A DNA stretch of 64,000 bases, from the NCBI GenBank assembly GCA_035084275.1, contig CM068752.1, positions 2,046,001 through 2,110,000 on the forward strand. Reading direction: 5' to 3'. Position numbers and translations under genes: made by a program. Shown here in pieces: positions 24,660-37,120 of the stretch. The notes under the pieces were generated by a model that was not told the DNA's origin, searched no databases, and worked only from the letters and a program-made list of their open reading frames with translations. The DNA comes from Hydrolagus colliei. Taxonomy: Eukaryota. The first letter of the stretch is position 1; each line of letters starts with the position of its first letter.

Positions 24660-24880
24660 TAATAAATAGTATATTCCTTGCATTTGATATAGCGCTTTTT
24701 CACATCTTATCGACGTCTCAAAGCGCTTCACAGAAAATACCATAAAGTGAATTGACTGTATATTTGTGGGCGAAACGTGGCAGCCAATTGCGCACGGCAA
24801 CATCCCATAAACTTGGGATTTAAATGACCAATTTTATTATTATTGTGGGAGGGATTTTTGGAGGGATTATTATCATCAGG
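24660..24880 (-). mobile_element. SINE 3' two-thirds
   Basis: Reverse tail and body; extra tail remnant at ~24590-24640. Confidence 0.88.
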
Positions 24881-26084
24881 CCAACCGTACAATACACTCA
24901 GATGCCGATCACCATCGATCAATTTTCTTTTGTGCCGTAAAGATTCTATGATTGATGCATGTGTACATGTTTGGAAGTTATAAACTTTTACACACAATAA
25001 AAACCACAGTCATTTGGCACTTTACCGTATAAGTGCTTTGAGACGTTCCCATAGCACACAAGGAGCTGTAACAAATGTAAGGATTATTATTATTATTATT
25101 AATAAACTCTCAGCCATGGCTTCCCTGGACTGTAAATATTCTTGCCGACTGCATGGATTCCCGGAGTCGATGCCTGTGCTGTCAAATGAAGCGCACACAA
25201 ATGTCACCTTGCTTAGAAATTTGACCTTTTTGTTTTCTGAAAACCTTTCTTAAACCATCAAAGCTTTAATTAAATCCAAGTTGTTGGAGCTACCGGGTGC
25301 CTTTGATGTTCGGGTGCTTCAATGAACGCACTCAATTAGACGATTCAACTGATAGGTTGGCAACACCCGACTGGGTCACTGGGCCTTTGTCAGTTCCAAT
25401 GTATCTATTTGTGTCTTTCTTGAGTAGAAGATCTTGTGTTTCATAGGCTAGGAACACTGCGTTATTGGAATATATCCAATTTAAATGAGTCTAATCATAC
25501 AAGAATATTGGCATCGCATCGTATTAATTATTAAGTAAACGATTGAACCTTCAAACTGTCCAGCAAAGCTGACATTATCAGTGGGTGGTTGTGGTCTGTT
25601 TGCTGGAACAAACTCAACGGCTACATTTGCCCTCAGTATTTATGGCAAAATCCATCCACTAGAATATCAGAGTGACTGCCCCAGGGTGTTTATAGAGCAA
25701 TCAGAGATCAGACGGAGTAACGGACACATACACACACTCACACACACACTCACACACACAGTTTGTCCCCTGTGGGTTAATCAAGTGAGAATTAACAGCC
25801 GTTTGGGCCAGAGTTTGGACACCGTTGATCCTGATTTATTTGCTGTGATCCCAACTTTGCATTTCTGTTTAAAGAAGCTGATGGCGACCACTCTAAATGT
25901 CGTCTAACCAATCCAATTGCTGATTTACAATCTGAGCAGCAGATAATTCAAGCCAGTTTTACCGCCTTGTAATTCCTTTCAGTTAGTCAGTATTGCTCCA
26001 CCAGCGATCGATAAGTGGATGAGTCGTGTTTCATAACGGGCTGAATAATGTCACTTGGGCAGATTGCACTCACTTTATGGCAAT

Positions 26085-26262
26085 GGGGTCCTGATTGCTG
26101 TGCGCAATTTGGCTGCTGTGTTTCACCCTTAAAATATACAGTCAATTCACTTTACAGTATATTCCGTGAAGCGCTTTGAGGCGTTCCCAACACGTGATAC
26201 GGCGCTACATGAAATGCAATGATTATTATTATTACTACTATTTACTAATAATGACTATTATT
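26085..26262 (+). mobile_element. SINE 3' half
   Basis: GCTGTGCGCAATTTGGCTGC...GGCGCTACATGAAATGCAATGATTATT. Confidence 0.85.
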
Positions 26263-26269
26263 ACCACAC

Positions 26270-26624
26270 TTGGGTTTAAATCCCTGCTCTCCCCTGCTCT
26301 CCCCTGCCTCTCTAACCTCCTCTCTCCTCAGAGGAGTATCTACCGCCTCCGCTCTACCGGGTCTGGCCTCCTCCTCGTCCCCCGAATCCTCCGCTCCACC
26401 ATCGGCGGCTGTGCTTTCGGTCACTACGCCCCTAAACACTGGAACTCCCTGCCTCAATCCCTCCGCCTCACCACCTCCGTTTCCATTCTCAGGTCGCGAC
26501 TGGAGACCTTTCTGTTCGACCGCGCCTAAGGCCGCCTTCCCCCTTCCCCCTGGCTCGGCTCCGCTATTTGGAAGCGCTCTGAGGGGAGGGCGCTATGTAA
26601 ATCCAAGTTGTTGTTGTTATTATT
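26270..26624 (+). mobile_element. L2 LINE 3' fragment
   Basis: Translates LRSTGSGLLLVPR...IGGCAFGHYAPKHWNSLP...LETFLFD, the L2 ORF2 C-terminus; ends in (GTT)n tail. Confidence 0.9.
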
Positions 26625-26937
26625 AACTGTAGGCATCTTGGCCTCATATTGAAAAAAACGTCACATTGAAATTATTTTGAATTACGTGAAAGGGGTATAG
26701 TGTATATACACAGTATATATACATATATACCTGAAAAAAATCCTTATACCTTATAGCAATATTCTCTACATTACGTTTATTATCTGTTCGACACCCGCAG
26801 CCACATTGTCCCATTATGCTGCCTCAGGCAAGTTCTGTGAAGCAGACGATTCTGACGTACATACCATCTTGCTGACTGCTGTGTGTTGAGTCCCTAGAGT
26901 ATCTTTACAATTGAATTTTTTTTTCTTATCTCTGCAG

Positions 26938-26964
26938 ATAGTTTTGCTGGAATCATCAGTGGTG
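26938..26964 (+). CDS. Candidate 27-nt frame-preserving micro-exon of an unidentified host gene
   Basis: Strong acceptor TTTTTTTTTCTTATCTCTGCAG, 27 nt open in two frames (xSFAGIISG phase 1, or IVLLESSVV phase 0), donor G|GTAATG; lies in a repeat-free block. Confidence 0.4.
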
Positions 26965-27398
26965 GTAATGCTTTAACTCCCTCTCTCCAATTACATCTGT
27001 TGCAGTTTTGGCACCAGTATCTGTTTGGCTTACAGCGCTCGCAAATTGAAGTTGTGAATAATGTTCACTAGATCTTTCTGACGTCGCTCCTTCTCCCACA
27101 TTAACTCTGGGTTTAAGAGTTTGACGAGCTTTTTGATTATGAACAGTCGATGCAAGTGCGGCTAGTGGATCGACTGCATTTACGAATCTGTCGATATGTA
27201 GTGACTGTCTGTTCAGACTTGTTGTCAGATTATGTGAGACATTATGTCATCATTTAGCATCAAGATGATCACCAGAAGAGATACAGATGAAAGTCACTGC
27301 TAAACCCTACCCTTACATATATAATAGAGTATTGTACAAGGAGGAGGGTTGGGGTGGGGGGCTAGTGGGGGGGTTTAGTGGGGGGGTTGGGAGCTCGG

Positions 27399-27740
27399 AA
27401 AGCGCTTCACAGAGTATCCTGTAAAGCGAATTGACTGTATATTTTGTGGACGAAATTGGCAGCAGCCAATCGCACACAGCAGTGTCCCACAAACAGTCGT
27501 GGATGAAATGATCAAATATATATATTTTTCTAATTTATTTCTGTTTCGAAAGGATTATTACTCCCGGAAAAGCAACTGCCAATCGACTTAACAACTGGGT
27601 TCCTACTTACTGCTCGGTAAACAGAGGCGAGTGGAGTAACGAAACTTGCCCAACGTTTCATCTGGCCCGGGAATAAAACCCAGGTCCTCTCGCTTGCGAA
27701 GCGAGTGCTCTCACCTCACCACTGAGCTCGAAGACTCTAC
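27399..27740 (-). mobile_element. SINE, long subfamily
   Basis: Contains reverse of GCCTCTGTTTACCGAGCAGTAAGTAGGAACCCAGTTGTT; head present, extreme tail missing. Confidence 0.88.
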
Positions 27741-28390
27741 AGTTTAATTTACTGAATGATCATATACTACAAATCCCTGAAGAGTTTGTCCATAATGATC
27801 TATTTTGTGAGATACAGAAATAAACCCCAATCCTTTTCTCTCTCTCAAAAGTGCACAGCAACATTTTGTTTTAATATTCAGTATTAACCATTGTGTCTTT
27901 TCCCTGTAGTAACTGGAGCAATTTATAAATCATCCACAAGAACAAATGAAAAAAAAAGGATTGCACTCTATTCATTTTCAATCAGATTCTCCTTCCAGAA
28001 TTCCAGTAGTTTTTATCAGTACACTCCACATTGCTAATGCAGTTTGCCTTACACGCATAATGTAATTAATAAGCAGCGAGGATGGCAAATGACTTTATTC
28101 TTGCGTGAATCTTCTGAATTTCTTTGAGCATTCAATTGTACAATTTGTTTTAACCAAATTTCAACCATTTGAACCATTTTGAACGCAGACAAACTGCACA
28201 AGTTCAGTTTGTGAGAGGTTGATACTGAGAGATTGATACTGAACTGCAAGACCTTCTGGTTTGGCAGTGCAGTATATTAAATAGGTTTATTTGATTGAAA
28301 CAATAACTACAATTTACATTTATATAGCACTTTCCAAGTCAGGAGGACATCTCAAAGTGCTTAACCCCAGTGGGTTGGGCGTCTATACTT

Positions 28391-28605
28391 CATAGAATCT
28401 TACGGCACAAAAGGAGGCCAATCGGCCCATCGAGTCTGTGCCGGCTCTTTGAAAAGAGCAACTCAATCCCGCTCCCCAGAAACGCACAAAACAGTCCTCC
28501 CCAAGTAAATGTCCAACTCTCTTTTAAAACTTGTTGTCGAATTGGCCTCCGCCACCTTTTCAGGCAATGCATTCCAGATTCGAACAACTCGCTGAGTGAA
28601 AAAGT
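28391..28605 (-). mobile_element. CR1 3' end
   Basis: Reverse translation FFTQRVVRIWNALPEKVAEA...FKRELD (CR1 ORF2 C-terminus); CATAGAAT terminus. Confidence 0.9.
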
Positions 28606-28749
28606 TATCGTGGAGTAGAAACATACCTGAAAGTATGATCAAAGAGGTAGGGAGTCTAAAAATGAGGTGAGGGGTGAACAAGTCGGAGGGACTCTGAGAT
28701 GGAACTCCAGAGAGCAGAGGTTAAGCAATATTCCTAAATAACTATCCAT

Positions 28750-29010
28750 TTATTTACCTAGCAGTAAGTAGGGACCCAGTTGGTAGTCGATTGGTGGATG
28801 GCTTTTCTGGAAGTAATAAAAAATATGATAATTTGGTCACTCAATCCACGACTGTTTGTGGGTCACTGCTGTGCACAGTTGGCTTCCGTGATTCACCAGC
28901 ACAATATACAGGCAAATCACTTTACAATATATTCTGTGAAGGTCTTGGAAACAACTCAAAGACTTGAAAAAGTGCCATATCAAATGCAAGGATTATTGTG
29001 TTTATTATTA
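28750..29010 (+). mobile_element. SINE, long subfamily, headless
   Basis: TTTACCTAGCAGTAAGTAGGGACCCAGTTGG...tail. Confidence 0.85.
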
Positions 29011-29347
29011 CTTCAAGTAAAGTTTATAAATGACAATTTTAAAATCCAGAAATTGTACAATACCGATATACAGATTAATACTAGTATATATAATGAATAT
29101 ATATACTATATATTCATTATATTCTGTGATTATCCTCAGAATATAATTAGATTAAGTGCTGTGAAGCGCTTGAGGCGTCCAGAAGATGCGAAAAATATCA
29201 AATAGAACATTGCAAAATATAGTATTGAAGCAATTTGGGAGAGAAAATGATCAGGGAGAAATAACAGCAATGGATATCTGCATTAGTGTTGCAGGACATT
29301 GAAACTGTTCAAGGAAATGCGTTTAATCATCGCGGGAACAAGATGCA

Positions 29348-29660
29348 ATATAATAACAATTGTTGCATTTGATACAGCGCCTTATCACATCTTCGAGACG
29401 TCTCAAAACGCTTGTCCTGTAAAAAGTGAATTGGCTGCATAGTTAAGGGCGAAATGCAGTAGCCAATTGCGCACAGCAGTGTCCCACAAACAGTCGTGGA
29501 TTAAAGTGACCAATTTTATCATTGTTTTTATTTCTTAAGGGATTATTATGGAGGTATATGGAGTAGGGAAACTTGACGAAGGTTTTGCCCTGCTGGGAAT
29601 CGATCCCAGGTCTCTCGCTTGAGTAGCGAACGCTCTAACCCCTGAGCTACAAGGCCTCCT
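29348..29660 (-). mobile_element. Full-length SINE
   Basis: Reverse match from tail to A-box. Confidence 0.9.
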
Positions 29661-31599
29661 AATATCAATGTCAAACCGGCACAAGACAGTCACTTGTATT
29701 TGATGGGTTTTCTCATTAAAAACAAGCAGCAGAAATATTGCTTCCTATAGCAATTAAATCTGTGGACACACGCTAGTATTAAGAGAATGAAAACAGAAGC
29801 TGATTTTAAAGTAAGTTACACAATTAAAACCTCATTATTCATTCACTGAAGGGCCTCTGTTAGAGCTTTGGCTTGTAGGGTTAGCAGGAGTTGAGTGGAT
29901 GAGTCTCTGGCCCCAGTGACTAGTCTATCCTTCCAGGACCTGCCGATGAGCCAGTTACAAATCTCTCCATTACCGCAAAGTGCACAGCCTGAAATAAGAG
30001 GAAGGAGATGGACACATAAAGATCGAGAGCTGGAGACTGGGTGATTTGGAGTGATTGTGTTATTAGAGAGCCTGACAACTACTCCCAGCAGTCGAAATTG
30101 GGCTACAGCGAGACTTAATAAATTCGGTGCTAATTTGTTCCCAATAACGGTTTTGTGATAATAGTGGTGCTGAGATCTACCAGAATCAGCTAGTTTTAAT
30201 TAAGTACGTGAGTGTTTAACTGTTGTCTGGAACCGAAAATAGTGAATGTTTTGCGATGTTGTTTATCCCCATGTCTCTGGCAGTGCATGTGCTACGGGGT
30301 CTAATTTGCTGTGCTTCTTAATAAGGAATCTTATTAGAATTTATCCTGGCACGCAGGAGCTTTGCTCCAGAGATAGATGGCTTTGGAGTAGGGTTCCCAT
30401 AGGGTGCCACAACATTTTGTGTATTTAATGGAACGAGTTTCCAATTGAATGTCTCTGATTGCTTATTAAGTTGCCTTATTATGAAATACCACAAATTAGA
30501 CCCCTGTGTTGTTTACATACAGTCATGTTACAATTGTTTTTCTCTGTAGTTAAGTCCTCAAAGTATTATATCTGAAAGTCTTGAAGCCCTTTGAAAGGAG
30601 TTGATGTGTATATTAACAGATATCGCACAGTGGTTATGTATAATTTTTAGGTCAAAGTTGATTAACATCTTAAGAGTCTTGAGTTCAGTCGATCAATGTT
30701 GTCTGTTAACCTCTGGGACTTGGATCCAAAGGAACTAGGATTAATGAAAATCTTCTCAACTGGATATTATAATCTTTCAATGAAATCAATTTGCTTGAAA
30801 CTGAACCCAATATCAAAAGAAAACCCTTGATTAGGCTAGAGAACGAAGGCAGTAAATTATTTGAAATTTGGACTGGATGCAGAGTCAAATTTCATTAGAG
30901 TTCTAACTGTTCTCATCTGCATAAATTTAGGCAATTATCTGTCTCAGTTATACAGTAATGAAGCATAGAGAGCTAGATGGACAAGAGCATTCAATAATGA
31001 TCACTGAATCCTTTGTGGACCCGTTCAAAGCAATTGGTAACACAGTTGATGACTTAAAAAAAGGCAATGGGTTTGGCAATGAGCATTAATATTGGACTAA
31101 GATTAGAAGTTGGTCAACATTTTTCTAAATGGCAGCTCAGTCATGTTTGTAATAGAGCCAGTGGAAGTCCTGTCGTTTGGCCACATTGGTCACATTATAT
31201 TTTGGTCACCATCACTGCAGTTAGCCATTGGGAGGGGTGCAAGATTCAGGGATGCAGTTTGAGTTATCCTCCAATTTCCCAGTTGAGTGAGATTGTAGAT
31301 TGATGGCGTGCTGTGGGCAGTTTTGTGCTGCGGACTCAAGGCTACGAGGAACTCACTTTCGGATTCTCACGTGAGGTCATTTACGTTTGGCAGAGAGAGA
31401 GAGAGAGAGATAGACAGATAGAGAGAGAGAGAAAATGTTTATCTCATCAGTCTCCACTCCGTTCAGATACAGACTCTGAGGTGAAGCACAGGGTTTGAAC
31501 TCACTGCACCAGCAGTACTCAATGCCTGAATGGAGAAATCAGTGATTTATGAGACCTCTTGAATAAGTTTGATAAAATTGTGGGCCATAGTATTCAATG

Positions 31600-32320
31600 A
31601 ATAAAATGAATTTAGAAAGCAAATGTGGGGGAGTAATTGTAGACACATCCCTTTCAATGTCTAGGCAGTCGGGTCCACTAAATATTCTTTGCTAAATAAT
31701 GTAAAGTTCTTACTAAATATTCTAATCATAAATTCTATGAATACAGCCACGATTATTAATAAAACCACATTTTTTAAGCTAATAAAAACACATCTGAGAT
31801 ACCAATGCTGGGAAAAAGCTAACAGGATTTATGCTAAGGCTTTATGTAATGTATTGGTTAGACCACACTTAGAATTTCTTTATCACAAAGCCAATATATT
31901 GGCGTCAGACGAGCACAGAAAAAGTGTACCATGGCTGATTCCCAAAGGAGCTGAGTTTTGAAGGAAGGTTAGAGAAATAAACTGCACAGTCTGGAGAGAG
32001 AGAGGCATTAACACAAGAGTCCTCAAAACATTATATAAAATATTAATCTGTATATGCATAGTAAGACCTGAGTATCAATTCAAAATGAGCCGGGGAAATT
32101 GGACTGTCGGATATAAATCACCGAAAGATAAAGGTATGAAAGATAGCACAAAAAAGTCTTTACTCAATGAACGATAGATGTGCAGAGTAATCTATCAAGC
32201 AAAGTCAGGGGTAAATATTTGAGGTATTCAAAATACTGTTCAATGTTTATGATGAAAGTTAATGTACCAGAGGGATGAGCTTCAAGGGACAAATGGTCCT
32301 TTCATCCTGAACTCTTCCTT
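31600..32320 (+). mobile_element. Old degenerate CR1 ORF2 C-terminus and 3' UTR
   Basis: KANR...LCNVLVRPHLE motif in the ORF track (CR1 LYxxLVRPHLEY); later GAGGGATGAGCTTCAAGGGACAAATGGTCCTTTC 3' end. Confidence 0.7.
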
Positions 32321-33163
32321 TAGATAATTTGTGAATGGTTTTGGTGGGATTTTTTGATGTGTGATTCAAAGCAAAACGGCACATTTTTTTCGAAAAATCA
32401 TTTAAATGATCTCTACCCCTGTTAAGGTATTCTGAAGCAGCGACCTATCAACGCGAGCAGGGAAATCCTTCCTCAAAATCCTTTGGCAGCAACACGCTGC
32501 CATTGATAATCATGATTTACCTGCTGTTACTCATAATGGACAGACACAGTGAAAAATAAGTGGTTTCGCTTGAGCGGGATAACTTTCCTCAGAGAAGCAT
32601 TCAGTGTGAAACATGTGGCCTTAAAACCATTATGAAATAAGTAAATCACATCCTTCCACCTTCTGGAGATATTCAAAGAGAGGTGGGAGTGTTTGAATCA
32701 GTCCAGTACATCAAGGAGAGAGAAAAAATAATAAATACATGCATAGAAGTGTTAATGTGCAGAGCGTGCATTGAATATGTCTCTTTTGAAAGCTTATAAT
32801 GACATTGAAAAGGAACAAATTCAAGTAAGAGTTACTCTTAGTGGAATTGTAATGTCGCAAGCTCCAGGATTTCTCTCTTGAATGCGCTGACTCGCGCTGC
32901 AGTCGATATGATAGCCCAGTGGCAAGCAAAAACCTCTGTCGTCTCACCAAAGTGGCGATACTTTGCGTGCGAGCCAAGGCAACGAATGACGGCAGGCAGC
33001 TGTTCGCTGGCGACACGCGGCAAAACCTCGGCCGGCTAGCTGTCCTTGTCTGACACCTCCGACCATTGATTTTCATCAAGTAGTCACTGGATAATTCCTG
33101 ACTCATTCCTTGCCTCTCCCTTTCCACCCCATCCTTAACTCAAAAACCATGGAAGCCAATTGC

Positions 33164-33490
33164 AATAATAATAATAATACTTGCATTCGAAATAGCGCTT
33201 TTCAGGTCTTCTAGACATCTCAAAGCGCTTCACAGAATATACTGTAAAGTGAATTGACTGTATATTTGTGGGCGAAACACGGCAGCCAATTGCGCACAGC
33301 AGCGTCCCCCACAAATAATCATGGATTGAAATGAACAATTAATTATAGGTTTGTTTTTGATGGATTATTGTTAGGCATGTGTGTGGAGTAAGGAAACTTG
33401 CCCAATATTTCGCCCTGACCTGCCTGGATTCGAAACACAGGTCTCACGCTTGTAAGGCGAGTGCTCTAACCAGTGAGCTATGGGATTCCA
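33164..33490 (-). mobile_element. Full-length SINE
   Basis: Reverse match to the family. Confidence 0.95.
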
Positions 33491-34332
33491 CCAATACAGG
33501 ACATAACATTGAGATCAGCTATCCACCATAGTTACTCCACTTCCTGAGGCACATTGATCTACAACAGCAGTACACTAGGGAACTGTTCATGATGGATCAG
33601 CCAGTCTGTCTCAATGGCAAGCTATGGATTTTAGTTGGTTACACTTCCAGAAGGATTCCCAATGGGGACTCGTTGGCTCTTGCAAACTTGAAACTTTGAT
33701 GCTCTCGGTGATTAGATAAGCAGAGTGCACCTCTCCAGGGAGAGAGTGTGTCTTGCATCCCAGACACACAGACATTTCCGCCTCCCTATGAGGAGCTTAT
33801 GGGGTAGTTTGGACGCTCTTAAGCTTGTGCAAAACACCTGGATGACCAACCCCCCGCCCGCCCCACCTCCCGCACCAAAAAAAACCAAGCATGAATTGAA
33901 AGGTCAATTGGACATTATTGGCTATGACATTGGGATAAACTCCCTCCTCTATTGGCAAAGCTTTGTAGGAATCACTCGCGAGAGAATAACCATGGCAGTA
34001 ATGGTTTCAATCGAATGATTGACGATATTAATCAACAATCAAGGGTAAAATCTCAGTCAGAGAACAGTCAAATTGACCATACCATAATAAGATAGCATGA
34101 TATAGTGGTGACTAACTTGGAGATATTTGGTGTTAACCAGTAAACCTTCTCTGGAAAGTGTGACCAATTCAAACGTCTCTTACTGAAGTTTGACTAAAGA
34201 TCAGTGATTATACCCCATAGTTTGCTCACATGATGGCTGTGTGTAAAGATAGACCTAGAGGGTGGATTCATAAGTTGAGGTCAAATGACCATTATCCTAT
34301 TTTTCCATCTAAGGTTATACAATCCTTCATTT

Positions 34333-34568
34333 ATAGAGTCCGGTAGCTCAGTGTTAGAGTACTTGCCTTACAAGTGAGAGACTTGAGTTTGAATCCCAGC
34401 AGGGCGAAACCTTGGGCAAGTTTCCTTACTCCACACGCCTGATAATAAAATTGGTCATCTCAATCTATGACTGTTTATGGGACTGTGCGGGCTGCTGGGT
34501 TTCACCCACAAAATATACACTGGAAGAGGTGAAAAGAGCTATATCAAATGCAAGGATTACTATTATTT
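34333..34568 (+). mobile_element. SINE with internal deletions
   Basis: Head, shortened body and tail. Confidence 0.88.
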
Positions 34569-34977
34569 ATGAACGCAGAATAACATTTTATTTTCTTGGG
34601 TTGCATTGTTGTGAGCCAACTTCCACAAAATGATGGAAACCATTTGGTACCAATAGCTTTGGTCCTCATTAGCACGTTCCAAAGCAAGGAACGTGAGCTC
34701 AAAGTCCCTTCTTAGAGCCTCGAACCACAAATTTCCGAGGGTAGGGGAGTGTCATTAACCGAGCTAAGATGGCAACGTCAAATTACATTAGTATACTGTA
34801 GTGCCTTTCAACCTCAGAAGGATTTTGTTGCCAACCTTATTTTCCTGCCTCAAAATGTTACATGTTAAATACATTGTTTTGCAGATGAGTTACATTTTGT
34901 ACTGCGATGTTGAGTATTGTAGAAAATTATGAGTTAAATCAGCAACAAGCTCACCGAGGACAATTGCTGAATGTACA

Positions 34978-35184
34978 TGGAACTCATTGGATGCTCAGTC
35001 CTTGAACATATTCAAGACTGAGATTGATAGATTTCCAATGGATAGAGGGATTGAAGGAAATGAGAATAGGGTGGGATAAATGGAATTAGGTTAGAAGATC
35101 AGCCATGATCTTATTGAATGGCGGGGCAGGCTCGAGGGGCTGAATGGCCCACTCCTGCTCCTATTTCTTATGTTCTTATGTTCA
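34978..35184 (+). mobile_element. CR1 3' end
   Basis: TTCAAGACTGAGATTGATAGATTT...GATCAGCCATGATCTTATTGAATGGCGGGGCAGGC...(TTCTTATG)n. Confidence 0.9.
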
Positions 35185-36297
35185 TTAGAGTCGGGCATAT
35201 AAAATACGTGTTCTTAGACATAATAAGTTAAATCCGGGTGAAAAAATTCCGCTAAATTCAGAATGACTTGCGGGCAGTGGAGAGAGAATGAGATGTTCAC
35301 AGGAAAGGAACTGTGCTTGGGCCAGGTGCTCCGAGACACTGCTCTCATCATTATATAAATGCAAGTGTTTGTTCTTTTTGCTGATTAAAAGATAAATAGT
35401 GGAATGCAGTGCTCTAATAACTACAGAGCGTACCTGGCCACGTCATCTAAAGGGAGATTGTCGCATTGCACGGGATAAAAGTTTGGTAAAAGTTCCATCA
35501 CGTCACTTGACATCAGCGTAACCCACTTGATGTACAATGTTTCTCCCTCAACAAAACAAGCAAAAAGTTTGTCAAATGTCCTTACGTGATGAGACTGCCT
35601 CTTCGAATATTACTCTTTCAGGCTGTCAGATAAAGCAAGGAAAATCAAACCATTTCCTGCGTCTTGGCTTTTTACCTTCCTATTTTGGGAATCAAAGCTC
35701 CTTGAATCTGTGGAGAATATTTGACAGCTCTCAAGGAAATATTCTAAATTGTTATTGGAGCTGTCTATTACAGCTTGGATTCAAGTGCTAAACTGATATC
35801 AATCTACTGTTAGGCAGAGTTGAATTCACAAATGACTACAATAGATTTCAGCAGAAGACTCAAACGTAATCCAAATCCGATAATCCTGCCTTTTACCTTT
35901 AATAATAAAAGAGGCACCTAAAGTATCATAACTATTGGTTTATCCGTGGATGAGCGTGAATCATTCCTGCTGCAATGCAACGTTACTTCTTCGAGAGCCT
36001 GTCCGAAGGAGAGTCTCATAAATGCAATGCCGTCGTACAAAGAGCTATCTCAAAATCCATATAATAATAATACTAATAATCCTCACATTTGGTACAGTGC
36101 CAAATTTCACACCAGGAGAAAATTGCTTCACAGCCCATCTCAAGTCCTTCCTCTTTGCCCCTGCCTTCTGTCATCTTCCTATCTCCACCACCTTCGCCCC
36201 CCAACCACTATTGACTCCAACCCCCGGCTCAGGTTCATTCCCTTTCACTGTCCAGTGCCGAAAGATGCCCTCCCAGGGCAAAAAGCTCTATAAAAGA

Positions 36298-36510
36298 ATA
36301 ATAATAATAATCTTTGTATTTGATGTAGCGCTTTTCACATTTTCTTGACGTCTCGAAGAGCATCACAGAATGTACTGTAAAGTGAATTAACTGTATATTT
36401 GTGGGCAAAAAGCGGCAGCCAGTTGCGCACAGCAGCGTCCCCACAAACAGTCGTGGGTTGAAATGACCAATTTATTATTGTTTTTTTATTTTGGAGGGAT
36501 TATTATTATT
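36298..36510 (-). mobile_element. SINE 3' two-thirds
   Basis: Reverse tail and body; appears inserted into an L2 remnant (36130-36292, resuming ~36510). Confidence 0.88.
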
Positions 36511-36599
36511 ATATAAATGCAATTTGATGTTGTTTACTGTGAAGTGGAGTGCCCATTCATTTCAAGGCAAATCTAGCAGCCCCAATCTCACTCGGTAAT

Positions 36600-36820
36600 G
36601 GCCCACAGACATCCACGTAGGGAATTATCTGTCGGATTGTTGACCAGGACACCGAGAGAAACTCCCTTCTCTTTGAGCAGTGGGATCCATTGGACAGACA
36701 ACTCCAAAAAAAGCAATACCTCCCAGGACTGTCAGCCAAGACTATGTTAGTGCTGACTAATGTTTGAACCCACATTTTTCTGACTCAGATGCGAGAGACA
36801 GTGCTACCAACCGAGTCAGG
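36600..36820 (-). mobile_element. DeuSINE-like relic (SacSINE1/AmnSINE1-type) with tRNA head
   Basis: CCAGGACACCGAGAGAAACTCCC (Deu domain, reverse) and TTGAACCCACA...CTGACTCAGA...GTGCTACCAACCGAGTC (reverse B and A boxes). Confidence 0.6.
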
Positions 36821-36942
36821 GAATCTATTTGATTTTAAGCAATATCTTAAAATTAAAATAACATTGTAAAATATTGTATTTTATATAGCGCCGTGTCTCG
36901 GAATGCTTAAAGGAGTTAAATGAATTGATTTCTCAATGATAC

Positions 36943-37120
36943 TAATAATAATAATCATGCTTGCATTCGATATAGTACCTTATCACGTCTTCAAGACGTT
37001 TCAAAGCACTTCATAGAATAGACTGTGGAGTGAACTGACTGTATATTTTATGGATAGCCAATTGTGCACAGTAGTGTCACATAAACAGCCGTGGATTGAG
37101 TGAATGACAAATTTATTTTT
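36943..37120 (-). mobile_element. SINE 3' half
   Basis: Reverse tail and body. Confidence 0.82.
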
